In this document: positions 1 through 13,605 of the stretch, in pieces
Position numbering within the stretch: the stretch's first letter is position 1
How the letters are laid out: each line of letters starts with the position of its first letter
Source of the DNA: Callorhinchus milii
Taxonomy: Eukaryota
Assembly: GCF_018977255.1 (NCBI RefSeq)
Contig: NW_024704743.1
Span: 51,524,001 to 51,588,000, forward strand
DNA: 64,000 nucleotides
Direction: 5' to 3'
Made by a program: the position numbers and the translations under genes
The notes under the pieces: generated by a model
What the model was told of the DNA's origin: nothing
The model's database searches: none
What the model saw: only the letters and a program-made list of their open reading frames with translations

Positions 1-2838
1 CCTGGATCATCCCAGGTGACACCTTCCCCCTCACTGAGGCCACACCACCCAGGTACACCTACCACCATACCCCATGCCCCAATCTTCGTGGCGGTGGTGT
101 GGCCCTCATATCCAGGGCATCACTTACCCTATCCCCCTACTCCACCAGCTCGTTCCCCTCTTTTGAACACCTTACCCTCTGCCATCCCTCCCACCTCTCT
201 CCGAAAATTCTCTTACTTTACCGTCCCCCAAAATCCTCTCCCACCTTCATCTCTGACATCTCCACCCTCTTTGCTTCCCTTTGCCGCTGCTCCGACCACC
301 TCATCATCCTAGGCGATTTCAATCTCCATTTCAGCCTCTCCTGCTCCATCTCCTCAGACTTCTCCTCTCTCCTCTCCTCTCCTCTCTCAACCTTTCCCTC
401 CACATCCACTCTGCTACCCACACCCATGTTCACCTGCTCGACCTAGAGATCACCCGGGGCCTCAGTGTCTCGGATGTCACCTCACTGACAAGGCCAATTC
501 TGATCACCATTTCACCTCCGTCAACTCCCATATCCCTCTCCCCACTGCCTCCAAACTTACCACCATCTTCCGTGGAAGAAGATCTCCCCGCAACCCTCTC
601 CGCTGCCCTGGAGTCCTCTGATCTCTTCCCCCTCTGGCCCACCTCTCACAACAATCCACTCACTGCACTCACTCTTCTCCACAGCACCCTCTCCACCACA
701 CTCGATGTCCTTGCCCCCCTCACCTCCCGAACTGCCTCCCATTCCCGATCCTCACCCTGATTCACCAGCCACCTCCACTTACTTAAGGGCCAGGTGTGGT
801 CTGCCGAACGCACTTGCTCAAATTTGGACTAACCGTCCACCACTACATCTGGCTGGACCTCATCAAGAACTACCGCTCCGCTCTCGCCTCAGCCAAATCA
901 TCCTTCTATTCCAGGTTAATCCTGGAGGCGAAACACAATCCCAGGCTCCTGTTCTCCACCACTAACCGGCTTCTCCGCTCTCCCCAACACACCTTGCAGA
1001 TACTTTCCTCTGACTTTCACTGCGAGAAAATGCTGGACTTCCTCGAGTCCAAATTCGAGTGAATCCGCTCAGCTGCCACTGCCCTCCCAACTTCCAACCC
1101 CTCCTACCCCCACCCCACACAATTACCCATCCCTCCTTCCACACCTTTGAACCTGTCACCCCCTCCTCTGTCTTCAACATGGTAACCTCCATGAAGTCCA
1201 CCACCTGCTCCCGCGACCCCATCCCTACCTCTCTCTTTAAATCCCAGCTCCACCTCCTTGCCCCACTACTCGCCGACATCATTAGCCTCTCCCTGTCATC
1301 TGGCACTGTTCCTTCCCCCTCAAAACAGCCATTATCACTTCCACCTTGAAGAAACCTTCCCTTGACTCATCACAGCTATCTAGCAACCGGCAAATCTCCC
1401 TTTCCTATCCAAGGTCCTTGAGAGAGCCATTGCCTCCCAGCTTCGCTCTTTCCTCTCCTCCCACTCCCTCCATGAACCTCTCCAATTGAGTTTCCATGAT
1501 GCCCACAGCACAGAGGGCACAGAGCTCTGGTCAAGGCCACAAACGACATCCTGACCATGTGTGACCAGGGCTCCCTCTGCCTCCTCATCCTCCTCGAACT
1601 CTCCGCCGCCTTTGACACTGTGGATCACTCAATCCTCCTCCTCTGCCTCTAATCCCACCTCAACCTTCAAGGTTCTGTCCTTGACTGGTTCAAGTCCTAC
1701 CTTTCACACCGCCTCCACTTCCTCGCGGCAAACGGCTTCTCCTCCAGCTCCCGCACCGTCTAGTGCGGTGTTCCTCAGGGTTCTGTCCTCGGTCCCCTCC
1801 TCTTCACCCTTTACATGCTCCCCTTTGGTAACATCATCCACAGATATGGGGTAAATTTCCACATGTATGCGGATGACACCCAACTCTACCTCTCTGCCTC
1901 CACCCTCAACTCCAGGACCACTGGCGTCCTGACCGACTGCCTGTCCGACATTACGTCCTGGACGAGGGCCAACTTTCTCCAACTCAACGTCAGCAAAACC
2001 GAGGCCCTCCTGATTGGCTCGCGCCAGTGTCTCCGCATCTCGGGCACTGGCAGCATCAGTCTCCACGGCTGCACACTCAACCTCACTCAGCCAGTCAGGA
2101 ACCTGGGTGTCTTGTTTGACCCTGAACTGTCCTTTCTCCCCCACATCCATGCCATGATGGACACTGCCTACCACCACCTCCGCAGCATTGCCAGACTCTG
2201 CCACTCCCTCACCCCTCAGGCTGCCGAAACCCTCACCCATGCATTCGTCACCTCAAGGCTCGATTACGGGAACTCCCTTCTCATTGGCCTTCCCAACTCT
2301 TCCCCTCACAAGCTGCTGATCATACAAAACTCTGCAGCTTGTGTACTCTCACACACCAGGCTCAGTGACCCCATCACTCCCACCCTCGCCCAACTCCACT
2401 GGCTCCCCATCCCCCAGAGGATCCAGTTTGAGATCCTCATCCTCACTTTCAAGGCCTTGCCCCCTCCTACCTCTCTGACTGCTGGCTCCCTACCAACCTG
2501 CCCGCTCCCTCCGTTCATCGGGCTCCGGTTTGCTCGATGTCTCCCGCCCAACCCGCCTTACCATCGGTGGCCGGGCATTCAGCTTCTCTGCCCCCACACT
2601 CTGGAACTCCATCTCACGTCACCCTTTGCCTCACTTCCTCCCTTGCCTCCTTCAAGGCCGGTCTCAAGACCCTTCTCTTCGATCGTGCCTTTGGTCTCCC
2701 TCCCACCTCTCTGCCTTCCCTCACCCCTACACCACCTCTCCCCCATGCTCGGGCCCTGACACCTGACTGTTCATCGCTTTGGAACATCCTCCCAATGTGA
2801 AATGCGCTCTATAAATGTCATTTTGTTGTGTTGTTGTT
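1..2838 (+). mobile_element. L2 (LINE2) retrotransposon, disrupted ORF2 (AP endonuclease + reverse transcriptase) with 3' tail; continues upstream of the window
   Basis: Frameshifted pieces give endonuclease motifs (LLYRPP, ILGDFNLH) and RT motifs ([10 protein letters not shown] near 1768, [38 protein letters not shown]). The 3' end reads ...gcgctctataaatg followed by a (TTG)n tail. Confidence 0.95.
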
Positions 2839-2944
2839 TTAATCAAGAAGTGTGTTTATTTCAATTGCCTCATTTCGCCTTACAGAATGTGTAATATTGG
2901 TATACTAACAAGGGTCTCTCAGGCATCCTTTGATTCAGTACTAA

Positions 2945-3515
2945 TAGAATGATAGAATTATACAGCACAGAAGGAGACCATTCGGCCCATCGTGTCTAAG
3001 CTTGAAAAGTGCTGTCCAAATCAATCCCAATCCCCCACTCTCTTCCCATAGCCCTGCAAACTTGTCCTCCCCAAATAATTATCTACTTCTCTCTTAAAAG
3101 TTGTTATCGGATCGGCTTCCGTCACCCTTTCAAGCAATGTATTCCAGATCCGAACAACTCGCTGTGTGAAAAAATTTGGCCTCACCTCCCATCTGTTTCT
3201 TTTAACAACTATTTTAAATCAGTGCCCTCGGCTTACCAACCCACCCGCCAGTGGAAATAGTTTCTCCTTGTTCACCCTATCGAATCCCCTCATCATTTTG
3301 AAAACTTCTATTACTTCTATTAAGTCTCCTCTTAACTGCTCCAAGGTGAATAATCCTAGCTTCTCTAACCTCTCCTGATAACTGAAGTCCCTCATTCATG
3401 TTACCATCCTGGTAACTTTCCTTTGCACCCTCTCCAATGCCTTAACACCTTTTATAAAGTGTGGGGCTCAGAACTGAACAAAGTACCCTAGCTGAGGCCT
3501 AACCAGTGTTGTATA
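2945..3515 (-). mobile_element. CR1 LINE, 5'-truncated 3' fragment
   Basis: Its reverse complement matches the 3' part of the CR1 at 5350-6229 (ccttctgtgctgtataattcta tail; actggttaggcctcagctag). Confidence 0.9.
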
Positions 3516-4689
3516 ATATACTCTATGATTTAAAGCTATTGTTCAGGAAGCCTGGGATCAGAGATTTGTTTATAACTTTAGTTCCCCTTTATATTGTCTT
3601 CACCTAGTTTTGTTTCAGTGATTTCATAAACAGAGACACACAACATTCGACACCACTAGCAAATCACTGTATCCCTGGACTGGACCTCATGAATATCATT
3701 CAAGTCAGGAGATGTTCTTTCAAATTTTCTTCCATATGTACAACTCAATCAATATTGAGAACTCACTGATAACTCACTCAAGTGACAGTTCTGCACATGT
3801 GAGCCTGGACAGTGAGTGTCGATAAGCCCTTCAATATTGGGGCTACACAACCAGAACTATCCTATTCTCACTTCTGCAAATATGTATGTATTCTTATTAG
3901 CAAGGTGGCAAAGAGTAACAAGAAAGAACAATACCTGACGTTTCCTCTCCAGAGCCTAAAGACATTGAGGTCAATTGCAATGTCCCATCACTTCTCAACC
4001 TGAAGTCAATTAACTGAATAAAAATTGGGGCAGAAATGGAGACTTTCTGATGTGGATGGCTTAGATCCACACAAAATTCTGCATTTACTCATTGAACAAT
4101 AGAGAGGGTATTCCAGACAGTGTCTGCTCTCTGGTAGCATAAAAGACAAGAAATTAGAGAGAGCCGTAAAGCACCACAAAGTGCATAGATGTCTCCTTTT
4201 ATAAAAATGTAGAATTTTGTGGTTATTCTTATGAATATGCGTCCATTTCAAAAAGTTGCTAATAAGTATTTGTGGTCCCAGTTGTGAGTATTTTTAGATA
4301 TGTGCATATTCTTGGTTTGACTATATTTTTGCTTCCTTTAAATATACACATATAGAATGCTTTTAAATGTAATTATAAATTTCCCAAACAATTTGTCTTA
4401 TGTGAGAATCAAAGCTTATTTAATTTGCTGATTCATAAAGCTATGGGTTCAAACTGACTTCAAGACTGAGTTCATTGGCATTGTTCATTGACACACCAAT
4501 GCAGTGCTGGCAGGATGCAGTATATATGCATTGTATATATGCATTGTATAGGGTTATAGAAGAGGGGGAAAGGAGAGTTGGAGTCACATGTGAAGTATAA
4601 AACACCAAATGGCCTTTGGCATATCTTGCCATATTAGTTATCTGTATTTCCCTGGGGAGAAATTACTTGTCATTATATGTAATTGTCCG

Positions 4690-4990
4690 AGGTACAATCC
4701 TTCAGATGAGATGTCTAATCCCATCTACCTGGTTCTGAGGACATTAAAAATAGCATGGCACAGTTTGGAAAGAAAAGAGAATTTCTCCTGGTATCCTAAC
4801 CACCATCCCATAAGACAAAAATGTGGTCATTCGTTTCCTGGCTGTTTGTGGGGAAATTGCTGAGTGGAAATTGGTTATCACTTTTACCTAGAAATAAACA
4901 GTCACTACATTTTACTGAAAACCCTATGAAGCACCTTGAGATGTTTTGACATGCTAAGGGGCTATATCAATTGCAAGGATTATTTTTATT
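4690..4990 (+). mobile_element. Old Deu-domain-type SINE, degenerate
   Basis: Contains the recurring core ccttcagatgagatg...gacattaaaaatagcatggcac...ctgtttgtggg...attgg and a gctatatcaa-tgcaaggattatt tail. Confidence 0.75.
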
Positions 4991-5349
4991 TACGTTCACT
5001 CAGCTCATATAAGATGTTCCAATGTAATTAGTTTCAGAACCTTCAATACTCCATTTTGTTGCAAAGAATAGGGCTCCATTTTGAAACCGCAGAAAACTAT
5101 GTGTCAAATTAAGACTGAATGGAAGAATTTTCTAATCTTAAATAGTAAGATATAAAGGTCTTATTGTCTAAAATTAGGTGAGATTTTAGATCTCTGGAAC
5201 CCTTGAAGCAGCAATTATTTCTGGTACATTTTGCAGTGCAACACTTTCAAGCTGACAATCTGTGAAGGATTTCAATCAATGCTCCCTAAAGTATCACTTC
5301 CCTGGGGAGAAATTGCACTTTATCTAGTTTTACCCTATTTATGTAACAT

Positions 5350-6229
5350 TGTACTAAACAGTGAGGAGGGTAGGAGCAGACTGCAACGGGACACAGGCAG
5401 ACTGGTAAAATGGGCGGACATGTGGTAGATGAAGTTTAATGTGGAGAAACGTGAGGTGATGCATTTTGTGAGGAAGAATGAGGAGAGGCAATACAAGCTA
5501 GATGGTACAATTTTAAAGGGGGTGAAGTAACAGAGAGACCTGGGGGTTCATATAAGTAAATATTTAGGTGGCAGGGCAGGTAGCTAAAGCTGTTAAAAAA
5601 GCATACTAGGCTTTATAGATAGGGGAATAGAATGCAAAAGTCAGGAAGTTATGATAAACTTTTATAAAACACTGGTTAGACCTCAGCTAGAGTACTGCGG
5701 TCAGTTCTGGGCACCACACTTTAGGAAGGATGTCAAGGCATTGGAGATGGTACAAAGGAGATTTACCAGAATGGTACCAGGAATAAGGGACTTCAGTTAT
5801 CAGAAGAGGCTGGAAAAGCTAGGATTAGTCTCCTTGGAGCAGAGAAAGTTAAGAGGAGACTTAACAGAAGTTTTCAAAATTATGGGGGGATACGATAGGG
5901 TGAACAAGGAGAAATTATTTCCACTGGCGGGTGGGTCGGTAACCTGAGGACACCGATTTAAAATTGTTGTTAAAAGAAACAGTTGGAAGGTGAGGAGAAT
6001 TTTTCACACAGCAAGTTGTTCAGATCTGGAATGCATGGCCTGAAACGGTGGTGGAAGCCGATTCGATAACAACTTTTAAGAGAGTAGATAATTATTTGGG
6101 AAGGATAAGTTTTCAGGGCTATGGGGAAAGAGAGGGGAAGTGGGATTGAATTGGATAGCTCTTTTCAAGGAGCCGGTACAGACACCAAGGGCCAAATGGC
6201 CTCCTTCTGTGCTGTATAATTCTATGATT
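5350..6229 (+). mobile_element. CR1 LINE, 5'-truncated (RT C-terminus + 3' UTR)
   Basis: ORF 5651-5947 (YKTLVRPQLEYCGQFWAPHFRKDV...LEQRKLRGDLTEVFKI) is a typical CR1 C-terminus; the element ends in a ttctatgatt tail. Confidence 0.95.
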
Positions 6230-6549
6230 TTGAAATATCCAAATTTGGATAAATTGTTGAATTTAATCTTAATTTTGAAGTTGGGATTTCTCTAGTTCTT
6301 GACAAAACATAAAGAAAAACAGCTACATAACTAAGGCTGTATTTAAGAATTTGACAAACTCTCGACACTCTTGAATGCTACATATAAATCTAGACCCAAG
6401 AGAATTTTTTCTCCACTTTTATTAGCAAAAGTCCATTCCTACTCTGTACGTGGGGAAAAGCAATGTTCTCTCCTTTGCACATCTTCATTTTATGTTAGTT
6501 TTCTACTCTGCAGAAACATGGCAATAGTACTTTGAAAACTGATTTGTCA

Positions 6550-6695
6550 TGGAGATTGTTAGATAGAAAGTTCCATGGTCAGCTGCAGAACACATTGTAT
6601 CTCCATTTTGCAGGAAATCCTATGAATTGCTTTGAGATGCCTGCCCAACATGAAACGTGCTATATCAAAAGTACGGATTATAATGATTATTATTC
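6550..6695 (+). mobile_element. SINE 3' fragment, degenerate
   Basis: Tail gctttgagatgcc...gtgctatatcaaa followed by an att-rich end. Confidence 0.55.
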
Positions 6696-7664
6696 TAAGT
6701 TTATCTAATGTTCCAGTAATGCCTTAATCCAACGTGATTGCATTAGACTCTGGTACTTCTTAGTTAAATGTACAAAGTTATGTACCAGGATAGTCTAAGG
6801 TTACAATAGTCACATCCAAGCTTGTTTGTTTGGGCATTTACATTTTTTCCCCAGTAAAGCACGGAGGGGTTCCATTGATCTGGGGCTAAGGAGCCAAGAC
6901 AAACTGGTGGCAAAACCTTTCAGCATTGCTAACGAGTTACATAATACGGGTGACAAGATACCGAAGAGAGTGCAAATTGGAATCCTGCACAGGCTGACAG
7001 CTTGGAAGTAGATTTGGCATGGCTTGGCTTCTTGTGCTTGCACAAAACTCTATGGATGCATGTGGCATGTTTGGAGCCCTGCCCATGTTAAAGCAACTGA
7101 ATAACAAAACAACACAGTTTGCAAGTGACCTATAGCAAGGGTCACATATTGCATAGCCACATGATTAGCTGGAATGTTTTGGAGGTGGTTGGGCCAGAAT
7201 GAGATGCCCCATCAAGCAATGATCATGGTGTAGCTAGAGCACCAACTGCAGTTTCTTTAGGAAAAGAAGTAAATGTACATATGTTTTTTCAATGCAAGCT
7301 GAAATTAGAGGTAAGCGCTATTTTTTGTTACCTGAAAGTTGATGAAAACTTCCACATTTCCCTGGAATTGAACAATTTGCTAACATGCTAAAAGAAACGC
7401 AATCTGCAAAGAGCATTTTACCGTCAGGCTTTTCCTTCACAATGCTTTGTTAAGACTTTGATGGCTTCTTCTTGAAACAGCATGAAAGCAAAATGCCAGC
7501 CAGAATCACAAACCAGAAGTCAGAATTAATGCAGCAAGTTATTGTTTAAACATGCTACATTTTAGACCCCATTACACGATTTCAGATTTGCTTCACAACA
7601 AAAGCAGTACTGCAATACATTTAACTCATACTACTTCCATTGTTTGCTGTAACACATCTACCCA

Positions 7665-7770
7665 CAGATCAATCATTATACTTTACAGTGCATCCTGCAG
7701 AACGCTTTGAGACTTCCTCCTGACATGAAAAGCGCTATACTAAATGCAAGGTTTACTATTATCATCATCA
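7665..7770 (+). mobile_element. SINE 3' fragment
   Basis: ctttacagtg...cgctttgagacttcctcctgacatgaaaagcgctatactaaatgcaagg matches the SINE/L2 tail. Confidence 0.7.
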
Positions 7771-8384
7771 CAGAGAATGGCATTGAGGAAATGAAATCGA
7801 TTCATTGCACTGCATTGATGCCAATGATTATTTATACTGCTTTATAGGTCATGTATCTGTTGTGATCTTAGTAGTGTCTGATAATTCCTCTATCTCTTAA
7901 AAACATTCAGCTATATATGTTTTTCAAAATATTATTTTTTATGCCAAAATGTGTCATATATCCAAACAATTTACATTTTAAAGAGATATTTAAACCTTAG
8001 AGAAAAAAGCCACATCATTTGTCTTGATCAACATGAGAGCATTTGCCCACACAGCCTTCTTGAATGATAATGCACTGATTCTCAAGTGCACAAAAGTCTT
8101 CTTGAATTAAGGTAACCTCATTTTGTGCTTATCGTTAAGACAATAGTTTGTGATACTTTTGGAATAGTGGCTATAGAAGAATAGAATTTACCTGCACATC
8201 ATCTTCCAGTGTTCTCGAGGTGATTTGAAGCTTCAGACTACTATCCTCAGGAAAACTATTGTAACCTCACTGCTTACTTCACTTCAGTCTTGAGTGAAAT
8301 CCATTTGAGTCTGAGTAAAGAAACAAAAATAAACATGATTTGCTTTTCCATCCACTAATTTTGCGTTCGCAATGTTTTTTCATT

Positions 8385-8665
8385 ATCAGATGTACCGTTC
8401 TTTGGATGAGTGATTAATCCGAAGTTCATCTAACTGTACAATTCACCTTACAAAAAATGAAGGGAGTTTCTCATGGTATCCTGGCCAACAATCCTCGGTG
8501 GGAAACAATGATCATTCATTTTGCAGCTGTTTGTGGGACATTGCTGTAGGCGAATTGGCAGCTGGGTTCACTTACAATATATACAGTATATACAGTCACT
8601 ACACTACAGTAAAGCACTTTTAAGTGCTTTGTGACAACCTGACGTTTTAGGCACTATGTTAATTG
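8385..8665 (+). mobile_element. Old Deu-domain-type SINE
   Basis: ccgttctttggatgag...tcctggccaacaatcc...ctgtttgtgggacattgctgtaggcgaattggcagctg. Confidence 0.75.
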
Positions 8666-8669
8666 CTAT

Positions 8670-8890
8670 TAGGTTGGACAACATGAATGGAACTAGTTGC
8701 CTAGGGAGATGGTGGAAGCAGAAAGTGTTGTGTCCAAAACAAATTAGATAGTTTTGTTTTAGGAAATGCTATCGTGGGATACAGTATATAGTTTGGTACT
8801 TGACATGTGCTTGCAACTGCCAGGATGGTAGAAGGTGAACTGGATGGATCTTGGTCTTCTTTCATCTAGCAATTATTATGTTCATATGAC
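8670..8890 (+). mobile_element. CR1-like 3' end (second subfamily)
   Basis: tggaac...atggtggaagcag...ttagatag; the 3' UTR tgccaggatggtagaaggtgaactggatgga recurs at 41590-41665 (+) and 17660-17770 (-). Confidence 0.65.
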
Positions 8891-8892
8891 AT

Positions 8893-9095
8893 ACAGTTGC
8901 CAAAGTAAGTACTTTATGGAGAACTGGTGGATGGCAGAAAATGCAAGGAAAACACAAATGTGCTACAAGGACACACTGAAGATACACTTGAAGCAGTGCA
9001 ACATGGTCATAGACTCTTGGGAAACCCTAGGCACTGACAGATAGCATTGACATACTGAAGTGAGAGAAGAAGTGAAGGGCTTTGAGTAACAATGC
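8893..9095 (+). mobile_element. RTE-clade LINE, C-terminal ORF fragment
   Basis: Translates with frameshifts and stops to LPK*VLYGELVDGR...YKDTLKIHLKQCNM..DSWETLGTDR..VREEVKGFE, resembling the RTE/BovB C-terminal region. Confidence 0.75.
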
Positions 9096-9255
9096 CGTGC
9101 CTTCAGCCACTATGCCCTGAGGCTCTGGAACTGCCTTCCTCACTGCCTTTGCCTCGCCCCCTCTCTTCCTATTTTCAGGTCTCTGCTGAAGACCTTTCTT
9201 TTCGACCGCGCCTTTGGCACCTTCCTCCCCCTCCCCCTGGCTCGGTCCCAGGTCA
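9096..9255 (+). mobile_element. L2 3' fragment
   Basis: gtgccttcagccactatgccctgaggctctggaac...ctgaagacctttcttttcgaccgcgcc is homologous to 2570-2700. Confidence 0.8.
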
Positions 9256-9889
9256 GTGTGGAGACAAGATGCGAGAGTCAGAAGGAATGGCAACGTCAGA
9301 GGATCGACAGGAGAACTCCCCCCCATCCCCCTCTCCCAAACGTGGTTGTGTGAGGCGTGTTAGACAATATCTGTCCCATATCAGCCTGCATAGTCACTGA
9401 TGCACCCATCTACCATGAACTTATTCTTCCTTCAAAATTTGCACCATCATCCTCGTACACAAGGGATACACTACTACATTAAATACAGGGATTATTCTTT
9501 TTTCCTTTCCCAAGCAATGAGCAGCAACATTTAATTTAAATACTATTTTAAAACCAGCAATGATATTCCAGTACAATCTTGCATCCTCCTCTCCCTCTTT
9601 GCCTGACTTTCAGAAGAGGCATTTCTCATAAATTCCAGACAAAGGGCAATGTGAGTTCCACCTGTTTTTTACTGTCATAAACTTGTCAGAATTGTGAACA
9701 AACAATAGATTATGCAGTGCTCCAAGGTTGGGATCCCACATCCATATGAATTAAGAATCATCCTTCTAGGCAGGCTGTTGTTGTGTATAATTTACTTCTC
9801 CTGCCTTAGCTGGACCATATTCCTATCCCCACTTTCACTTTAGACTCCTGTGCATTTATATGTGATTGCCAGTATGCAGTGGTAGAGCA

Positions 9890-10050
9890 ACAAATTTACA
9901 TTTTATATATCACCTTTCATGTTGAGATGACATCCCAAGATGCTGCATAGTCTCAAACTGGGAATTGGAGACTGAGGGGGTGAAGAGGGAAACATGACTG
10001 AAGGTGGTCAATGAGGAAGATCTTGAAATGGATCTTGAAGGAGGTGAAGG
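9890..10050 (-). mobile_element. L2 3' end, degenerate
   Basis: caacaaatttacattttatatatcacctttcatg...gaaggtggtcaatgaggaagatcttgaa is the reverse complement of the L2 tail. Confidence 0.6.
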
Positions 10051-12404
10051 AAGTACCCAGTCAACACTGATGCGTTTATGGATTGAGATTCAGTATTCCA
10101 TGGAGTTCTTGGGGTTTCATATGTGGCTTTTGCAAACCAGAAGTCACTGCGCTAAAGTAGGCTTCCCATATGTAAGTGAAATTGAGGTTTGTTAACACGT
10201 TTGCTAAAAGTTAGTGATCTTGAATAACAGCCAAGGCTGTTTTGCTGTGTCATTTTGCTTTCATGACTTTTGTCAGACTATTCAAGTCTTTCATCAGCCA
10301 ACAAATGTCCTGAAAGCAAAACGTTGGTGGAATCCAATTTATGAAAGCCGTGCATGGCATGTTGTGGGTTTACCTGCAATAACAGTCAATGTACTTGAGT
10401 GTAAATCCATGTGAAGTGGTTAGAGACATATTGATGTGAGAAAATGCCATAAAAATGCAAGTTTGTTTCTAATATGGAATCTCTTGGAGGTGTACAATAA
10501 CCTAACAGTAAGAGTACAGTTCATAATTGTTCGTTGTAAAGCTTATTCTTTTTGTGTGTGAAACAATAATAGCATGAGTATTATGTGTCGGTAAGATCGT
10601 CCTCCACCTGAACATTTGTCACTGTAACTTAATAAAACCTTCCTCACTGCCTTTTTGGTGCTTTCATTTATTGTCCATCCAAGTATCAACTGTCCTGTGT
10701 AATATCTTCTATACAAAGACAATTTTCACTCCTTGATATTTAGATAACATCTTTCATCGCCCTCCTCCTGTGAGATGGCTAGTGGTTTGCAGGCAATTGG
10801 GCTGCAATGGCCTTTTAAAATTATGGCAAGGGTTATTAGCATGTATTAGCAACTATAATCCACATTTAGCATATATTAGTATCTGTTTCCTGAATGGTTT
10901 CCACATTTTACATTGGTTGAACTCATTGGCCAAAGGTCATTACCATGTATTAGCATATGTTATCTGCATTTGGCATACAAAGTGTCTTGTTCCCGACTGG
11001 TTTCTGCAATTTATATGCAAGTTTTTGCAAATCCATCATAGCCATCACATCTCATCCAAAACTATCTAATAATGTGATAAAACTTTTTAAAAATCTGTAT
11101 CCTATCATGAGTGTAGCAGATTTGCATCATGTAAAAATTAAACCTATAATTCTAGCCCTACAATTCTGTAACTAAAGGCTAACCTCACAAATACAGTAGT
11201 GCTGTTTATAAACATTTTGTTACCGGTTATAGATAAAAGCAGCAACAAGGATTCAGAAGTGAATCAGGTTTCAACTATAAAGACAGGCTAAAGAAAGTGG
11301 AGGTGTCAACGTTTCTTTGTGAACATGAACAACACTGAACCATCTTTTCTTTAAGAACAAAGCGCTGCCTCGTCTGGTGGGACTGATGAGGTGATTAGAG
11401 ATACTGACTTGGATGACTTGCCCCACTGACGTGCTGACTAATAATAAAGTCATGTCTGAACGGGGAAGTGATCACAGGAATTTGTAGTGGAATAATTGCC
11501 ACCAATAATTATCATTTGATGAACAGACTAAACAATCATTGCTCTTTTTCTTTTGTTATTTCCCACTCAGTCGACCGTTTTTTCCCTTCCTGCCGCCAGT
11601 GATTGAACACATTATTTATTTGCTGTTAATTGCTGTTTACTGTCATGTTTCCGAGGTGGTGGTTCAGCAGCAGACATCAGGGCATTGCTGTAACTGCAAA
11701 CAGGGAACAAAATTGTACAGATAGCTCTAATTATACAGATACACATAGCTTAATGTATGATATGTGCAAATTCCTTCACCACTTAAAATCAGTCTTTCTG
11801 GATATTCATTCCATTGCTTAATGGGCTTGCTCCAGATGATATTACTATTCCGATTTGATGGAATTCACTGCACTTTGCAAAGCCCACCTCTCCCCCCATC
11901 AATCTGACAGCATGAAACCCTTTCTTGTGAGGAATTGGAATGCATCCATAAGCAATAAGCTTGGTTTGCTCACTCCAAATAACTTAAAGGTGAATCATCC
12001 TTGCAATGAATACACTATTGCACAACCAGCTTATGCATAATAAAATTATAATTCATTTATAGAATAACATTGGTGATTGTACTAGTTGGTGTGGACAGCC
12101 TTTAGGTAATAATTGCAAAAAATGAACAGTACATACTGTACAATGAGAACAAAATAATTATCCTTTCTGTAACAATACACATGCTGTATTTTGAGATCTA
12201 ATATACAAGGATTAGTAACATGAGTCCCCAATAGTGATTTGAAGTAACAAGTAGTGACTCTAGCTGGAACTCAGGTAACTGGAAGTAGATTTTCTCAGAG
12301 ATAAATTCCCACATGTTGGCGTTACAAAGTTCTGAGTACTGGTAAGAGCTGCTATTTCCTACTTAGAGTTACTATTAGCAATTTCCACACAACTCTGTCT
12401 CATA

Positions 12405-12686
12405 CAGAGTTGTGGGGAAAGGGTAGGTATGTGGGCATGAAAGGATTGCTCATAATAATAATCCTTGCATCCTTATCACGTCTTCAAGACGTCTGAAAGC
12501 GCTTCACAGAATAAACAGAGACGTGTGGAGTAAGGAAACTTGCCCAATGTTTTGCCCAGCCAGGAATCAAATCCAGGTCTCTGGCTTGCGAGGTGAGTGC
12601 TGTAACCACTGAGCTACATAAAAGAGCCAGCAGATATGATGAGCTAAATAGCCTTCTTCTGTGCTGGAAAATTTACATGGTTCTAT
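12405..12686 (+). mobile_element. CR1 3' end interrupted by a SINE
   Basis: tgtggggaaagggtagg...ggattgctc [SINE] aaagagccagcaga...aaatagccttcttctgtgctg matches 6120-6225. Confidence 0.7.
12452..12618 (-). mobile_element. Young tRNA-derived SINE, internally deleted
   Basis: The tRNA head (rc tgtagctcagtggttacagcac) is joined to the tail; the central body is missing relative to 40540-40928. Confidence 0.85.
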
Positions 12687-13605
12687 ATTACACCCTGTGT
12701 TAAATGATGTCAGACAAGGCTAAAATCACAAGTATATGCCCATCTTTTTGTGCTCTTTGCAGTGCAATATGAGTTCAATTATAAGAATAATGTCACTTTG
12801 CTGAGAGGTAGCGATGAGGCATGGTATCCATACTATCCATTTGAGATACAAGAACATTGTGGCAAGACTACTTGAAAGCATCAATTACAATACCAGAGGA
12901 ATCAGTGTTTGGTGTCCAACACACAAGGTATTAAGACTGAGTTTGAGCCCTGTGATTCGGGACAGATTGGTGGGCAGTCAGTATGAGTTACTCACTGAAA
13001 AGAACAAATAAAATCAGTGGGTGAGGGAGTCTCGTTTTTCTTGGAAATCTCATGGGAACTAGTTACAGAACAACATTGTCTGAAGCCTGGGATCAGTCTG
13101 CCCTCATTCAGCTGGGAACCGGTGCTTGGCATATGGATCTCAAATGAAAAGATATTACATAAAAAAGGGCTGGTGTTAATAACAAATCAGAGTATTTCAA
13201 CTTCGTAAAAAAAAATCCCTAAAAAAAGCTTTACAATGACTAGAAATCAAACAGTGATAGATTCAGTTGGCTGTTAATCCCATTTCTATCGTATGATAAT
13301 TTTCCAGTTTTGCTGTCATACCCAGTTCACAGTCTGATTACTGGCTGTCAAACTAAATTATGCCCATTCACTGCATTTCAAATATCAGCTGCACATCGTA
13401 GGTTTTCTTTATGTTTCCATTTTAATTTCCTTAATTTGGAGTTTTCATAAAACTAAGAGATTTTGTCATTGGCAATTAACAACAAAGAAAGCATTATCCC
13501 TGTAAGATAATGTTCCTCTGGTCCACAGAAGACAGGTCCTTCACAATGAAATGATAATTATACGTTGCCAATTCTATAAAGATAAGAACAAAAGCTCCAT
13601 TTGCC

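Noticed and set aside
1815..2759. 314-aa ORF as a host gene
   Set aside because: It is the RT/C-terminal part of an L2 ORF2 with upstream stops and frameshifts and a frameshifted end.
8191..8310. Minus-strand exon candidate (tttctttactcag ... cag|gtaaat)
   Set aside because: Stop codons occur in all three frames; it could only be non-coding and has no other support.
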